DNA from: Thermosulfurimonas dismutans
GTDB lineage: Bacteria; Desulfobacterota; Thermodesulfobacteria; Thermodesulfobacteriales; Thermodesulfobacteriaceae
Length of the DNA stretch: 32,000 nucleotides
Reading direction: 5' to 3'
NCBI RefSeq assembly: GCF_001652585.1
Contig: NZ_LWLG01000018.1
Coordinates: 1-32,000, forward strand
Under the pieces are notes generated by a model. It saw only the letters and a list, made by a program, of their open reading frames with translations, searched no databases and was not told the DNA's origin. This document shows, piece by piece, positions 23,089 to 31,126 of the stretch (positions are counted from its first letter, which is position 1; every line of letters starts with the position of its first letter). The position numbers and the translations under genes were made by a program.

Positions 23089-23124
23089 AATTAGTTTAAA
23101 ATTAGATCTAATTTTAAACTAATT
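23089..23124. promoter_or_regulatory. Perfect 36-bp palindrome (candidate operator or RNA hairpin) upstream of cydA
   Basis: AATTAGTTTAAAATTAGA|TCTAATTTTAAACTAATT. All 18 base pairs were verified position by position around the 23106/23107 centre. It ends 5 nt before the cydA SD AAGGAGG (23130-23136). Confidence 0.6.
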
Positions 23125-23145
23125 TTATTAAGGAGGTGAATAAAG

Positions 23146-24447
23146 ATGGATGTCCTTTGGGCTTCAAGGTTACAGTTTGCGGCTGCGGCTTTTTTTCATT
23201 TTCTCTTTGTGCCTTTGACCCTAGGTCTTTCTATTCTTACAGCTATTTACGAAACTCTCTATCTTAAAAAGGGTGATGAGGACTATAAGCGGGCGGCCAA
23301 GTTTTGGGGAAGGCTTTTTCTGATCAATTTTGCCCTGGGAGTGGTTACCGGAATTACTTTGGAGTTTCAGTTCGGGACCAACTGGCGTTACTATTCGGAG
23401 TATGTAGGAGATATTTTTGGGTCGCTTTTGGCCATCGAGGCCACCCTGGCCTTTTTCCTGGAGTCCACCTTTATTGCGGTCTGGGCCTTTGGCTGGAATC
23501 GAGTCTCGCCTAAAGTACACTGCCTGGCCATTTGGCTCACCGCTATCGCTTCTAATATTTCGGCCCTCTGGATCCTCATTGCCAACGGTTGGATGCAGCA
23601 TCCGGTGGGTTTTGTGATTCGGAACGGTCGGGCGGAGCTCAAGAGCTTTGCGGAAGTGGTCTTTAATAAGTTCGCCTGGCTAGAGTTCCTGCATACTGTG
23701 CCGGCGGCTTACGTCCTTTCGGGATTTTTTGTGCTTGGGGTTTCGGCCTGGCATCTCCTAAGGAAAAACGAAGTGGAATTCTTCAAAAAGAGCTTTCGAG
23801 TGGCCGCCGTCTGGACGGCCATTTTTGCCCTTTTTGTCTTTATAGAAGGCCACTTGCATGGCTCGGAGGTGGCCCACACTCAGCCTACCAAGCTTGCGGC
23901 CATGGAGGCCCTTTGGGAGACGGAAAAGGGTGCTCCTTTTGCCCTATTTGCCATTCCGGATGAGGAAAACGAGCGGAATCTTTTGGAGATAAAGATACCA
24001 AAAGTTCTGAGTCTGCTAGCTTTTCACTCCCCGGAGGCCGAGGTCAAAGGGCTTAAAGCCTTTCCTAAAGAGGAGCGCCCGCCGGTGGAGTTGACCTACT
24101 GGTCTTTTCGAATCATGGTGGGATTGGGTATCTGGTTTGTAATTCTTGCCTTTTGGGCCTTTAAGAACCGAGAAAATCCACTCCTCGCCCCGAAGATGTT
24201 AAAGGCCCTGATCTTTACCATACCTCTTCCTTATATAGCTATCGAGGCTGGCTGGACGGTGGCCGAGGTTGGGCGTCAGCCTTGGATCGTCTATGGTATG
24301 ATGAAGACTGCGGAGGCGGTCTCTCCGATTTCTTCAGCGCAGGTAACCATTACGCTTCTGGCTTTTCTGGTCTTCTATACCGTTTTAGGGGTTATCGATT
24401 TCTGGCTCCTTGCGCACTATGCCAGAAAAGGTCCTGAGCCTAGGTAA
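23146..24447 (+). CDS. cydA: Cytochrome bd-type quinol oxidase subunit I
   Basis: N-terminal LSRLQFA-like start (ASRLQFAAAAFFHFLFVPLTLG), Q-loop region and conserved GWTVAEVGRQPWIVYG motif. Multi-TM. Confidence 0.95.
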   Translation: MDVLWASRLQFAAAAFFHFLFVPLTLGLSILTAIYETLYLKKGDEDYKRAAKFWGRLFLINFALGVVTGITLEFQFGTNWRYYSEYVGDIFGSLLAIEATLAFFLESTFIAVWAFGWNRVSPKVHCLAIWLTAIASNISALWILIANGWMQHPVGFVIRNGRAELKSFAEVVFNKFAWLEFLHTVPAAYVLSGFFVLGVSAWHLLRKNEVEFFKKSFRVAAVWTAIFALFVFIEGHLHGSEVAHTQPTKLAAMEALWETEKGAPFALFAIPDEENERNLLEIKIPKVLSLLAFHSPEAEVKGLKAFPKEERPPVELTYWSFRIMVGLGIWFVILAFWAFKNRENPLLAPKMLKALIFTIPLPYIAIEAGWTVAEVGRQPWIVYGMMKTAEAVSPISSAQVTITLLAFLVFYTVLGVIDFWLLAHYARKGPEPR

Positions 24448-24478
24448 GCTCAAATTTGGACGAAAGGAGGGATGAGTC

Positions 24479-25519
24479 ATGGAACATAACGTTTTTCAAA
24501 TAATCTGGTTTGTGCTTTGGGGGGTATTGTGGGCTGTTTACTTTGTGCTGGACGGTTTTGATCTCGGGGCCGGGATCCTTCTGCCTTGTGTAGCTAAAAA
24601 TGAAACCGAACGCCGGTCTATTTATCAGGCTATCGGTCCTTTTTGGGATGGAAACGAGGTCTGGTTGATTACCGCTGGAGGGGCCACCTTTGCGGCTTTT
24701 CCCAAAACCTATGCGGTAATGTTTAGTGGTCTTTACACCGCCCTGTATCTTCTGCTTTTTGCCCTGATCATTAGAGGTGTGGCCATAGAATTCCGGGGCA
24801 AGGTGGAGAGCCTGAGTTGGCGCAAATTTTGGGATTTCCTTTTCTGGATTGGTTCTCTGGTTCCGGCTTTGATTTTGGGGGTAGCTTTTGCCAATATCTT
24901 TAAGGGGATTCCCATTGATGAGAACGGTCTCTTTAAGGGATCGCTCCTAACCCTCCTTAATCCTTATGGACTTTTAGGAGGTGTGGTTTTTATTTTGGCC
25001 TTTGCGGTTCATGGAGCCACCTGGCTGGCCTTTAGAACGAATGGCGATTTGCGAGTTCGGCTTCTCAGGGATGCCAAGATCCTCTGGGTGTTCGAGCTGA
25101 TCGTGGCGGTGGCCTTCATGCTCCTTTCCTTAAAACTTACCAACCTCTGGGGCAATTACCTCAAGGCTCCAGTGCTTTTCGTATTCCCACTTTTGGCTGT
25201 AGTGGGCTTGATGCTGATTCCGATCTTTCTTAATCGGGAGGCCATGCTCCAGGCCTTCCTGGCTTCTGGCCTTGCTATCCTCGGTTTTACGGCCTGGGGA
25301 GTGGGAGGACTCTTTCCCAACCTCTTTCCCTCTAGCCTTAACCCCGAATGGTCACTTACCATCTTCAATAGCTCTTCGAGTCCCCTTACCCTCAAAATTA
25401 TGACGGTGGTAGCTCTCATCTTTGTACCTATTGTGCTGGCCTATACTTTCTGGACTTACCGCACCTTCTCCTACCGGCTCACGGAGAAGGAAGTCGCTTA
25501 CGAAGAGCCCCACTATTAA
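24479..25519 (+). CDS. cydB: Cytochrome bd-type quinol oxidase subunit II
   Basis: LDGFDLGAGILLP and GPFWDGNEVWLITAGGATFAAFP motifs. Multi-TM. Follows cydA by 31 nt with SD AAAGGAGGG. Confidence 0.93.
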   Translation: MEHNVFQIIWFVLWGVLWAVYFVLDGFDLGAGILLPCVAKNETERRSIYQAIGPFWDGNEVWLITAGGATFAAFPKTYAVMFSGLYTALYLLLFALIIRGVAIEFRGKVESLSWRKFWDFLFWIGSLVPALILGVAFANIFKGIPIDENGLFKGSLLTLLNPYGLLGGVVFILAFAVHGATWLAFRTNGDLRVRLLRDAKILWVFELIVAVAFMLLSLKLTNLWGNYLKAPVLFVFPLLAVVGLMLIPIFLNREAMLQAFLASGLAILGFTAWGVGGLFPNLFPSSLNPEWSLTIFNSSSSPLTLKIMTVVALIFVPIVLAYTFWTYRTFSYRLTEKEVAYEEPHY

Positions 25520-25554
25520 TCCGACATTCAGCAACCCTGAGGAAATATTTAAAA

Positions 25555-25595
25555 GGGGTGAGGGCGGGAAGCCCTCTCCCCCCTTTTTGTGTTTT
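25555..25595 (+). terminator. Intrinsic terminator after cydB
   Basis: GGGG-T-GAGGGC / GCCCTC-T-CCCC stem (one T-T mismatch) with loop GGGAA, followed by CCTTTTTGTGTTTT. Confidence 0.7.
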
Positions 25596-25614
25596 AATCG
25601 GTCGACATTCTAGC

Positions 25615-25642
25615 TTGACAATTCGCTGGTCTTTCTTATAGT
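25615..25642 (+). promoter_or_regulatory. Sigma70-type promoter for rho
   Basis: Consensus -35 TTGACA (25615-25620), 16-nt spacer, -10 TATAGT (25637-25642). Predicts a leader of about 85 nt before ATG 25733. Confidence 0.6.
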
Positions 25643-25732
25643 TAAAAGTACCATTCGGGTCTTCCCCGAATTCTTTGGCCCACCCAAAAGGGGTTCAGAG
25701 TTTAAAACTTCAATTTTACCAAGGAGAATTTT

Positions 25733-27046
25733 ATGGCTGAGGAGACTCTTTTAAACGAAGAAGTGATCGAAGAATCCAAAGAAGAAGTGGAAATCATTGA
25801 CATTTCAGATCTGAGGCGCAAGTCCCTTTCGGAATTGGTAACCGTAGCTGAAAGTTATGGCCTAGAGAACGCCTCTTCCATGCGAAAACAGGAGATCATT
25901 TCCTCTATTGTAAAGACTCATCTTGAGAAAGGCGGTGAGGTGAAAGGCGAAGGGGTGCTCGAGGTCCTTCCAGAGGGTTTTGGCTTTTTGAGGTTCCCGG
26001 ATTACAGCTATTTACCAGGCCCGGAGGATATTTACGTTTCCCCTTCTCAGATTCGTCGTTTCGGGCTCAAGACTGGGGATACTATTACGGGTTACATTCG
26101 TCCTCCTAAGGAGGGCGAGAAATATTTTGCCCTTCTTAAAGTGGAAAAAATCAATTTTCAGTCTCCGGAGCGGGCCAGAACAAGGATTCCTTTTGATAAT
26201 TTGACTCCCATTTATCCTGACGAGTGGCTTAGGCTAGAGACTGTCCCGGACAACTTTTCAACCCGCATCATAGATCTCTTTACACCTATTGGAAAAGGCC
26301 AACGTGGGCTAATTGTGGCCCCTCCGCGGACCGGAAAGACGATGTTGCTTCAGAATATTGCCAATGGCATTGCCAAAAACTATCCAGATATCTACCTCAT
26401 TATCCTACTTATTGACGAGCGACCGGAAGAAGTTACAGACATGGAAAGGAATGTGCCGGCGGCAGAAGTCATTAGTTCCACCTTTGATGAACCTCCGCAG
26501 AGACATACTCAGGTAGCCGAAATCGTGGTCGAACGGGCCAAGCGCCTGGTGGAACATGGCTACGACGTGGTTATTTTGCTTGATAGTCTTACCCGCCTGG
26601 CACGGGCATATAACACCGTAGTTCCACCGAGCGGTAAACTCCTTTCAGGCGGTATCGACGCCAATGCCCTTCACAAGCCCAAGAGGTTTTTTGGGGCTGC
26701 CCGTAATATCGAGGAAGGTGGAAGTCTTACCATTATCGCCACCTGTCTCATCGATACCGGAAGTCGAATGGATGAGGTTATTTTTGAGGAGTTCAAGGGG
26801 ACCGGCAACCTAGAGATCCATCTGGATCGCCGACTTGCGGACCGTCGGATCTGGCCGGCTATTGATATCCATCATAGCGGAACCCGGAAGGAGGAGTTAC
26901 TTCTACCTCCGGAAATTCTTCATAGGGTCTGGTTACTGCGGAAGGTTCTCTCGCCACTCAATCCTGTGGACTGTATGGAGTTCTTGCTGGATAAGATGAA
27001 GGATACCAAAAATAACGCCGAGTTCCTGGCTTCCATGAATCAATAA
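25733..27046 (+). CDS. rho: Transcription termination factor Rho
   Basis: Rho N-terminal domain ([18 protein letters not shown]). Cold-shock-like RNA-binding domain ([14 protein letters not shown]). Walker [18 protein letters not shown]. Conserved [13 protein letters not shown] and SGTRKEELL blocks. Confidence 0.97.
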   Translation: MAEETLLNEEVIEESKEEVEIIDISDLRRKSLSELVTVAESYGLENASSMRKQEIISSIVKTHLEKGGEVKGEGVLEVLPEGFGFLRFPDYSYLPGPEDIYVSPSQIRRFGLKTGDTITGYIRPPKEGEKYFALLKVEKINFQSPERARTRIPFDNLTPIYPDEWLRLETVPDNFSTRIIDLFTPIGKGQRGLIVAPPRTGKTMLLQNIANGIAKNYPDIYLIILLIDERPEEVTDMERNVPAAEVISSTFDEPPQRHTQVAEIVVERAKRLVEHGYDVVILLDSLTRLARAYNTVVPPSGKLLSGGIDANALHKPKRFFGAARNIEEGGSLTIIATCLIDTGSRMDEVIFEEFKGTGNLEIHLDRRLADRRIWPAIDIHHSGTRKEELLLPPEILHRVWLLRKVLSPLNPVDCMEFLLDKMKDTKNNAEFLASMNQ

Positions 27047-27093
27047 ATGGGTTATAGTATCAATTTGGTGAATATTGGTAAGGGAGGGAGATT

Positions 27094-27321
27094 ATGAAGA
27101 AGGGTATCCATCCGGAGTATTATCCGGAGGCGGTAGTAAGGTGCGCCTGCGGGAACGAGCTCAAGGTGGGAGCTACTCGGCCGGAGATTCGGGTTGAGGT
27201 TTGTTCCAAGTGTCATCCTTTCTTTACCGGGGAGCAGAGGTTTGTGGATACCGAAGGGCGTGTAGAAAAATTCATGAAAAAGTATGCCGAATACTACGAA
27301 AAGCAGGAGAAGCAATCCTAA
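27094..27321 (+). CDS. rpmE: 50S ribosomal protein L31 (Zn-ribbon type A)
   Basis: [10 protein letters not shown] start. Cys pairs CAC and [10 protein letters not shown]. 75 aa. SD AAGGGAGGGAG. Confidence 0.95.
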   Translation: MKKGIHPEYYPEAVVRCACGNELKVGATRPEIRVEVCSKCHPFFTGEQRFVDTEGRVEKFMKKYAEYYEKQEKQS

Positions 27322-27324
27322 GAT

Positions 27325-28431
27325 ATGGCCCTTTCGGAATTATATCTTACTAAACTAGCGGAAGTAGAAAGGCGGTTTGCGGAGCTTTCTGAGAAACTTT
27401 CGGATCCGGAGTTGGTCTCCGATAGGGAGAAGTATGCGCGGCTGGCGCGAGAACACGCCGAGCTCGAAAGGATCGTAGAGGCCTACCAGGAATACAAAAA
27501 GGCTTTGAAGGAGATTGCCGAAAACAAGGAACTTCTTGAAGACGGGGATGAGGAGATCCGCGAGCTCGCTAAAGAGGAAATAAAGCGTCTCTCAGAACGG
27601 GTGGAGGCCCTTGAGAAGGAGTTGCCCCTTCTCCTTCTACCCAAGGATCCCAACGACGAAAAGAGTGTTATCCTCGAGATCAGGGCTGGTGCCGGTGGAG
27701 AAGAAGCTGCTCTTTTTGCTGCTGATCTCCTACGAATGTATGCCCGCTATGCGGAAAGACAGGGCTGGAAAATAGAGGTGCTTTCAGCCAATGAGACGGG
27801 GTTGGGAGGTTTTAAAGAAGTTATTGCCCGGATTGATGGCCTTGGGGCTTATAGTCGTCTAAAGTATGAAAGTGGGGTTCATCGGGTTCAGCGTATCCCG
27901 GTCACGGAAAGTGGGGGCCGTATCCATACCTCTACGGTGACGGTGGCGGTTCTGCCCGAAGCCGACGAGGTAGAGATAGATATAAAACCCGATGAACTCA
28001 AGATTGAAACCATGCGGGCCTCAGGGCACGGTGGCCAACACGTAAACCGTACGGAGAGTGCCGTACGCATCACACATCTTCCCACTGGAATTACAGTTTA
28101 CTGTGCCAACGAGCGCAGTCAGCATCAGAATCGGGCTACGGCCATGAAGATCCTACGGGCCCGGCTTTACGAAAAAGCCCTACGGGAGCAACAAGAAAAG
28201 ATCCAGGCCGAGCGCCGGAGCCAGGTGGGCACTGGCGACCGGAGCGAACGTATACGGACTTACAATTTTCCACAGAACCGCGTCACGGATCATCGCATAG
28301 GCCTTACCCTTTATCGTTTAGAAGAAATCTTGGACGGCGATTTGGACGAGATTATTGACGCCCTAATTACCCATTTCCGCACCGAAGCCTTGAAACAGGA
28401 AGAAGAGGCTCTTCTCAAAAAGGCGGCATGA
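27325..28431 (+). CDS. prfA: Peptide chain release factor 1
   Basis: RF1-specific PxT tripeptide (RIPVTES). GGQ motif ([23 protein letters not shown]). No internal frameshift site is needed, unlike prfB. Confidence 0.97.
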   Translation: MALSELYLTKLAEVERRFAELSEKLSDPELVSDREKYARLAREHAELERIVEAYQEYKKALKEIAENKELLEDGDEEIRELAKEEIKRLSERVEALEKELPLLLLPKDPNDEKSVILEIRAGAGGEEAALFAADLLRMYARYAERQGWKIEVLSANETGLGGFKEVIARIDGLGAYSRLKYESGVHRVQRIPVTESGGRIHTSTVTVAVLPEADEVEIDIKPDELKIETMRASGHGGQHVNRTESAVRITHLPTGITVYCANERSQHQNRATAMKILRARLYEKALREQQEKIQAERRSQVGTGDRSERIRTYNFPQNRVTDHRIGLTLYRLEEILDGDLDEIIDALITHFRTEALKQEEEALLKKAA

Positions 28432-28769
28432 TCGAAAGTTATCGCTTCGGAGAAATAGTGGTTCTTGGTAAGACTTACCGGCGAGATCTTAAGATCATCA
28501 AGGGAAGGGTGTATCCAGACTGGTGGCGTAAGGAGGGACATCTTCTTCAACCGGAAGATTTAGAAGATATCTGGGTTGCAAGGCCTGAGATCTTAGTAGT
28601 GGGCACCGGGGCTTCGGGAGTGATGCGGGTGGACCCTCGGACGGTTGAGAAGGCTGAGGAGCTGGGTATAGCCTTTGAGGCCTATCCTACAAATAAGGCT
28701 GTACACCGATTCAATAAACTTTTCGAAGAAGGTCGAGACGTAGCCGCGGCTTTTCATCTTACTTGTTGA
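28428..28769 (+). CDS. Mth938-like domain protein (DUF498 family)
   Basis: Family-like pattern: [19 protein letters not shown]...[21 protein letters not shown] and C-terminal AAAFHLTC (MTH938 ends ...HVTC as I recall). Its ATG overlaps the prfA stop (ATGA). Confidence 0.75.
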   Translation: MIESYRFGEIVVLGKTYRRDLKIIKGRVYPDWWRKEGHLLQPEDLEDIWVARPEILVVGTGASGVMRVDPRTVEKAEELGIAFEAYPTNKAVHRFNKLFEEGRDVAAAFHLTC

Positions 28770-28986
28770 GCTTTTCAAGAATTCTTTGCGAAGCTCGGAA
28801 GATGATACGCCATCCCTGAGAGGTCTTTCGGATTTCAAGGCTTCCGAAATTCCGCAGGGTAAGACGTCTTTTTTCCCTTAGACCAGCGATTAGTTCTTTC
28901 AACAGGATCTTGAGAAAGATATGACTTTGGCGTCTAGAAAGATTAGTTTTTTGGGCAAGTCTTCGGCTGAGCTCAAGGAGTTTCAC
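28759..28986 (-). CDS. Short HU/IHF-fold-like DNA-binding protein lacking the extended beta-arm
   Basis: MKLLELSRRLAQKTNLSRRQSHIFLKILLKELIAGLREKRRLTLRNFGSLEIRK aligns by eye to the HU N-terminal helices and the first strands (…GFGxFEVR). The arm segment is about 14 residues shorter than in HU. GTG 28986 is my preferred start; TTG 29016 is the ORF-track alternative. Confidence 0.55.
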   Translation of the reverse strand: MKLLELSRRLAQKTNLSRRQSHIFLKILLKELIAGLREKRRLTLRNFGSLEIRKTSQGWRIIFRASQRILEKLNK

Positions 28987-29350
28987 GAGTAATATATGGA
29001 AGAAGAATTCTGGCAAGTTTTTCTAAAGAAACGGGTTTCCTCAAAATGTATAGGGGCCCTTTTATCAAGTGAGCCGCTTTTTCTAATTTGTCTTTATCCA
29101 CGATCCCGGTAATGATGATGATCGGTCCTTTGAAGTCTATTTCTTCCAAAAAATCACAAGCCAATCCATCTGGAAGGATACAATCCGAGATGATGATATC
29201 AAATTGATTTTGAGACCATAGCTTACGTGCCTCTGTTAACGTTTCGGCAGCGTAGACTTTAACCTCAGGGAAGGAAAGACGTAAAAACTCTATCAGGGCA
29301 ATCTTTATAAATTCTTCGTCCTCTATCAATAGAATCTTGGCAGCTTCCAT
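28973..29350 (-). CDS. Single-domain response regulator (CheY-like receiver)
   Basis: Receiver signature residues: acidic pocket LIEDEE, phospho-acceptor Asp in DIIISDCILPDG (D56), IIIITG (T81), LRKP (K105). 125 aa with no output domain. Confidence 0.85.
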   Translation of the reverse strand: MEAAKILLIEDEEFIKIALIEFLRLSFPEVKVYAAETLTEARKLWSQNQFDIIISDCILPDGLACDFLEEIDFKGPIIIITGIVDKDKLEKAAHLIKGPLYILRKPVSLEKLARILLPYITRETP

Positions 29351-29400
29351 GTTCAGAGTAATCTAATAGGTAAAAACAAAAGTAGCAAGGAGAAAAATTC

Positions 29401-29604
29401 ATGGACTTTCCCATAGCGCAGGAATGGTTGGAACTTCTGGCCTGTCCCCGGTGCAAAGGGGAGATCAAACCGGTAAAGAACCCTCTGGGGCTTGCCTGTG
29501 AACGCTGCGATCTTTTTTATGAAATTCGAGATGGGATTCCGGTAATGCTTATCGAAGAGGCTAAGAAGTATTCGGAGGTAGCCCGGGATGAGCCGTCCGA
29601 CTGA
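29401..29604 (+). CDS. Trm112-like / UPF0434 family zinc-ribbon protein
   Basis: LLACPRCKGEI...LACERCDLFYEIRDGIPVMLIEEA matches the Trm112/YcaR pattern (CPxC...CxxC...Y.I.DGIPVML..EA). 67 aa. Confidence 0.8.
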   Translation: MDFPIAQEWLELLACPRCKGEIKPVKNPLGLACERCDLFYEIRDGIPVMLIEEAKKYSEVARDEPSD

Positions 29605-30109
29605 ACCCATCCCGGCCCTTTTTTTTGTGAGCGCCTTTGGGCGGAAAAAGGAAATCATCCTCTCAGCCGTTGAAAAGCTTGCAAAATTTCTCGGGCCAGT
29701 GCAGTGGACTTCCCCATGGTTAGCCTTTGATTTTACCGATTATTATACCCCGGAATTTGGTAAACCCCTTGTTAGGGCCTTTTTTTTCTTCGGCCTGAGA
29801 CCTCAGGAGGATTTAATAGAGGTTAAACACTGGGCCTATGAAGTGGAAAGGTCCTTCATGGAGAATGAAAGACGACTTGTGAATCTTGATCCCGGGTATT
29901 TGCTCCTTTCTCGGCTCGTGCTTTCCACTTTTAAGGACTTTGCCCATCGTATCTATCTCGGCCGTGGAGTCTTTGCGGAGGTGACCCTTATCTTTCGAGG
30001 GGGATCCTTTAAACCTCTCCCCTGGACCTATCCCGACTATGCGGCTCCTGAAACTATTGCCCTTTTCAACAAGGCCCGAGAGGATTATAAAAAGCTCTTA
30101 AGATGCTGA
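29588..30109 (+). CDS. DUF4416 family protein
   Basis: Pattern recalled for DUF4416: FDFTDYYTPEFG, RLVNLDPGYL, LVLSTFKDFAHRIYLGRGVFAEVTL, PLPWTYPDY. It overlaps the Trm112-like gene by 17 nt and moaA by 7 nt. Confidence 0.7.
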   Translation: MSRPTEPIPALFFVSAFGRKKEIILSAVEKLAKFLGPVQWTSPWLAFDFTDYYTPEFGKPLVRAFFFFGLRPQEDLIEVKHWAYEVERSFMENERRLVNLDPGYLLLSRLVLSTFKDFAHRIYLGRGVFAEVTLIFRGGSFKPLPWTYPDYAAPETIALFNKAREDYKKLLRC

Positions 30110-31062
30110 AGGATGCTTACGGTCGGCAGATCAGATACCTTCGGGTTTCGGTAACGGATCGTTGTAACCTCCGGTGTCTTTATTGCAGTCAAAAAGCCTT
30201 TGAGTGGCTTCCTCCAGAGGACATTCTTTCCTATGAAGAGATCTATGAGGTGGTCTCGGCGGCTGTAGAGTTGGGGGTAGAAAGAGTACGACTTACCGGT
30301 GGAGAGCCCCTTATAAGGAAGGGACTCCCCGAACTGATAAGGAGGCTTGCCGCTATACCCGGTCTAAAGGACTTAAGTCTTACCACTAACGGCCTGAGGC
30401 TTAAGGAGCTGGCCTCAGAGCTCAAAGCCGCGGGTTTGAAACGGGTAAATGTGAGCCTTGATACCCTGCGTCCAGAGCGTTTTAGGGAGCTTACGGGTTT
30501 GGACGGCCTTTCGAAAGTCCTTGCCGGTATTGACGCTGCTCTGTCAGTTGGCCTCTCTCCGGTAAAAATAAACATGGTAGTTCTCAGAGGATTCAATGAA
30601 GACGAAATTGAGGAGATGGCCAAGCTTACTTTTGAAAAACCCGTACATGTAAGATTCATAGAATTTATGCCGGTGGGAGAGGGTGCGGGTTGGAACGAAG
30701 AGCGGTGGATGCCTCTTTTTGAGATTCGTAAGAGAGTTGAAAGTGTAGGGTCTCTTTATCCCACAGTGTCGGAGGGCGGAGGTCCGGCCAAGAGTTTCCG
30801 TTTCGCCGGGGCTAAAGGGGCGGTAGGGTTTATTGCGGCTATGAGTGAACATTTCTGTGCTCGCTGCAATCGCCTGCGTCTTACTCCGGAAGGGAAGCTT
30901 CGATTTTGTCTTTTTTCCGATCGAGAATTTGATCTAAAGCCTTATCTCTCTCAAGGACGCGAAGTTTTGAAGAAGATTCTAGTTGAAAGCGTAAAGGAGA
31001 AACCGGCTTCTCGTCTTGAAGGCCACCTGCCGAGAAGACTTATGCGAAGCATAGGGGGCTAA
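30103..31062 (+). CDS. moaA: GTP 3',8-cyclase MoaA (molybdenum cofactor biosynthesis)
   Basis: YLRVSVTDRCNLRCLYC radical SAM motif. C-terminal auxiliary-cluster cysteines (CARCNRLRLTPEGKLRFCLF). Conserved C-terminal Gly-Gly. Confidence 0.95.
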   Translation: MLKDAYGRQIRYLRVSVTDRCNLRCLYCSQKAFEWLPPEDILSYEEIYEVVSAAVELGVERVRLTGGEPLIRKGLPELIRRLAAIPGLKDLSLTTNGLRLKELASELKAAGLKRVNVSLDTLRPERFRELTGLDGLSKVLAGIDAALSVGLSPVKINMVVLRGFNEDEIEEMAKLTFEKPVHVRFIEFMPVGEGAGWNEERWMPLFEIRKRVESVGSLYPTVSEGGGPAKSFRFAGAKGAVGFIAAMSEHFCARCNRLRLTPEGKLRFCLFSDREFDLKPYLSQGREVLKKILVESVKEKPASRLEGHLPRRLMRSIGG

Positions 31063-31091
31063 TTGACAAACGGCTTCAAAAGAGGCAATAT
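31063..31091 (+). promoter_or_regulatory. Candidate promoter for the aminotransferase gene
   Basis: Consensus -35 TTGACA (31063-31068) immediately after the moaA stop, 17-nt spacer, weak -10 CAATAT (31086-31091). ATG at 31127. Confidence 0.35.
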
Positions 31092-31126
31092 CAAGGCCTA
31101 ATATTTCGGGGTTCGGTCTTGTAAAA

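Noticed and set aside
25422-25613. 63-aa ORF spanning the cydB 3' end and terminator (a cydX-like small subunit was considered).
   Set aside because: It overlaps cydB out of frame, runs through the terminator hairpin, is not hydrophobic like CydX/CydS peptides, and has no SD.
27325-28431. Programmed +1 frameshift of the release-factor type.
   Set aside because: The gene is RF1 (PVT motif), read as one uninterrupted ORF. The autoregulatory frameshift is a feature of prfB only.
29351-29400. Possible Moco riboswitch upstream of the moaA-containing operon.
   Set aside because: The divergent intergenic region is only 50 nt and AT-rich with no conserved stems. There is no room for a riboswitch of about 130 nt.
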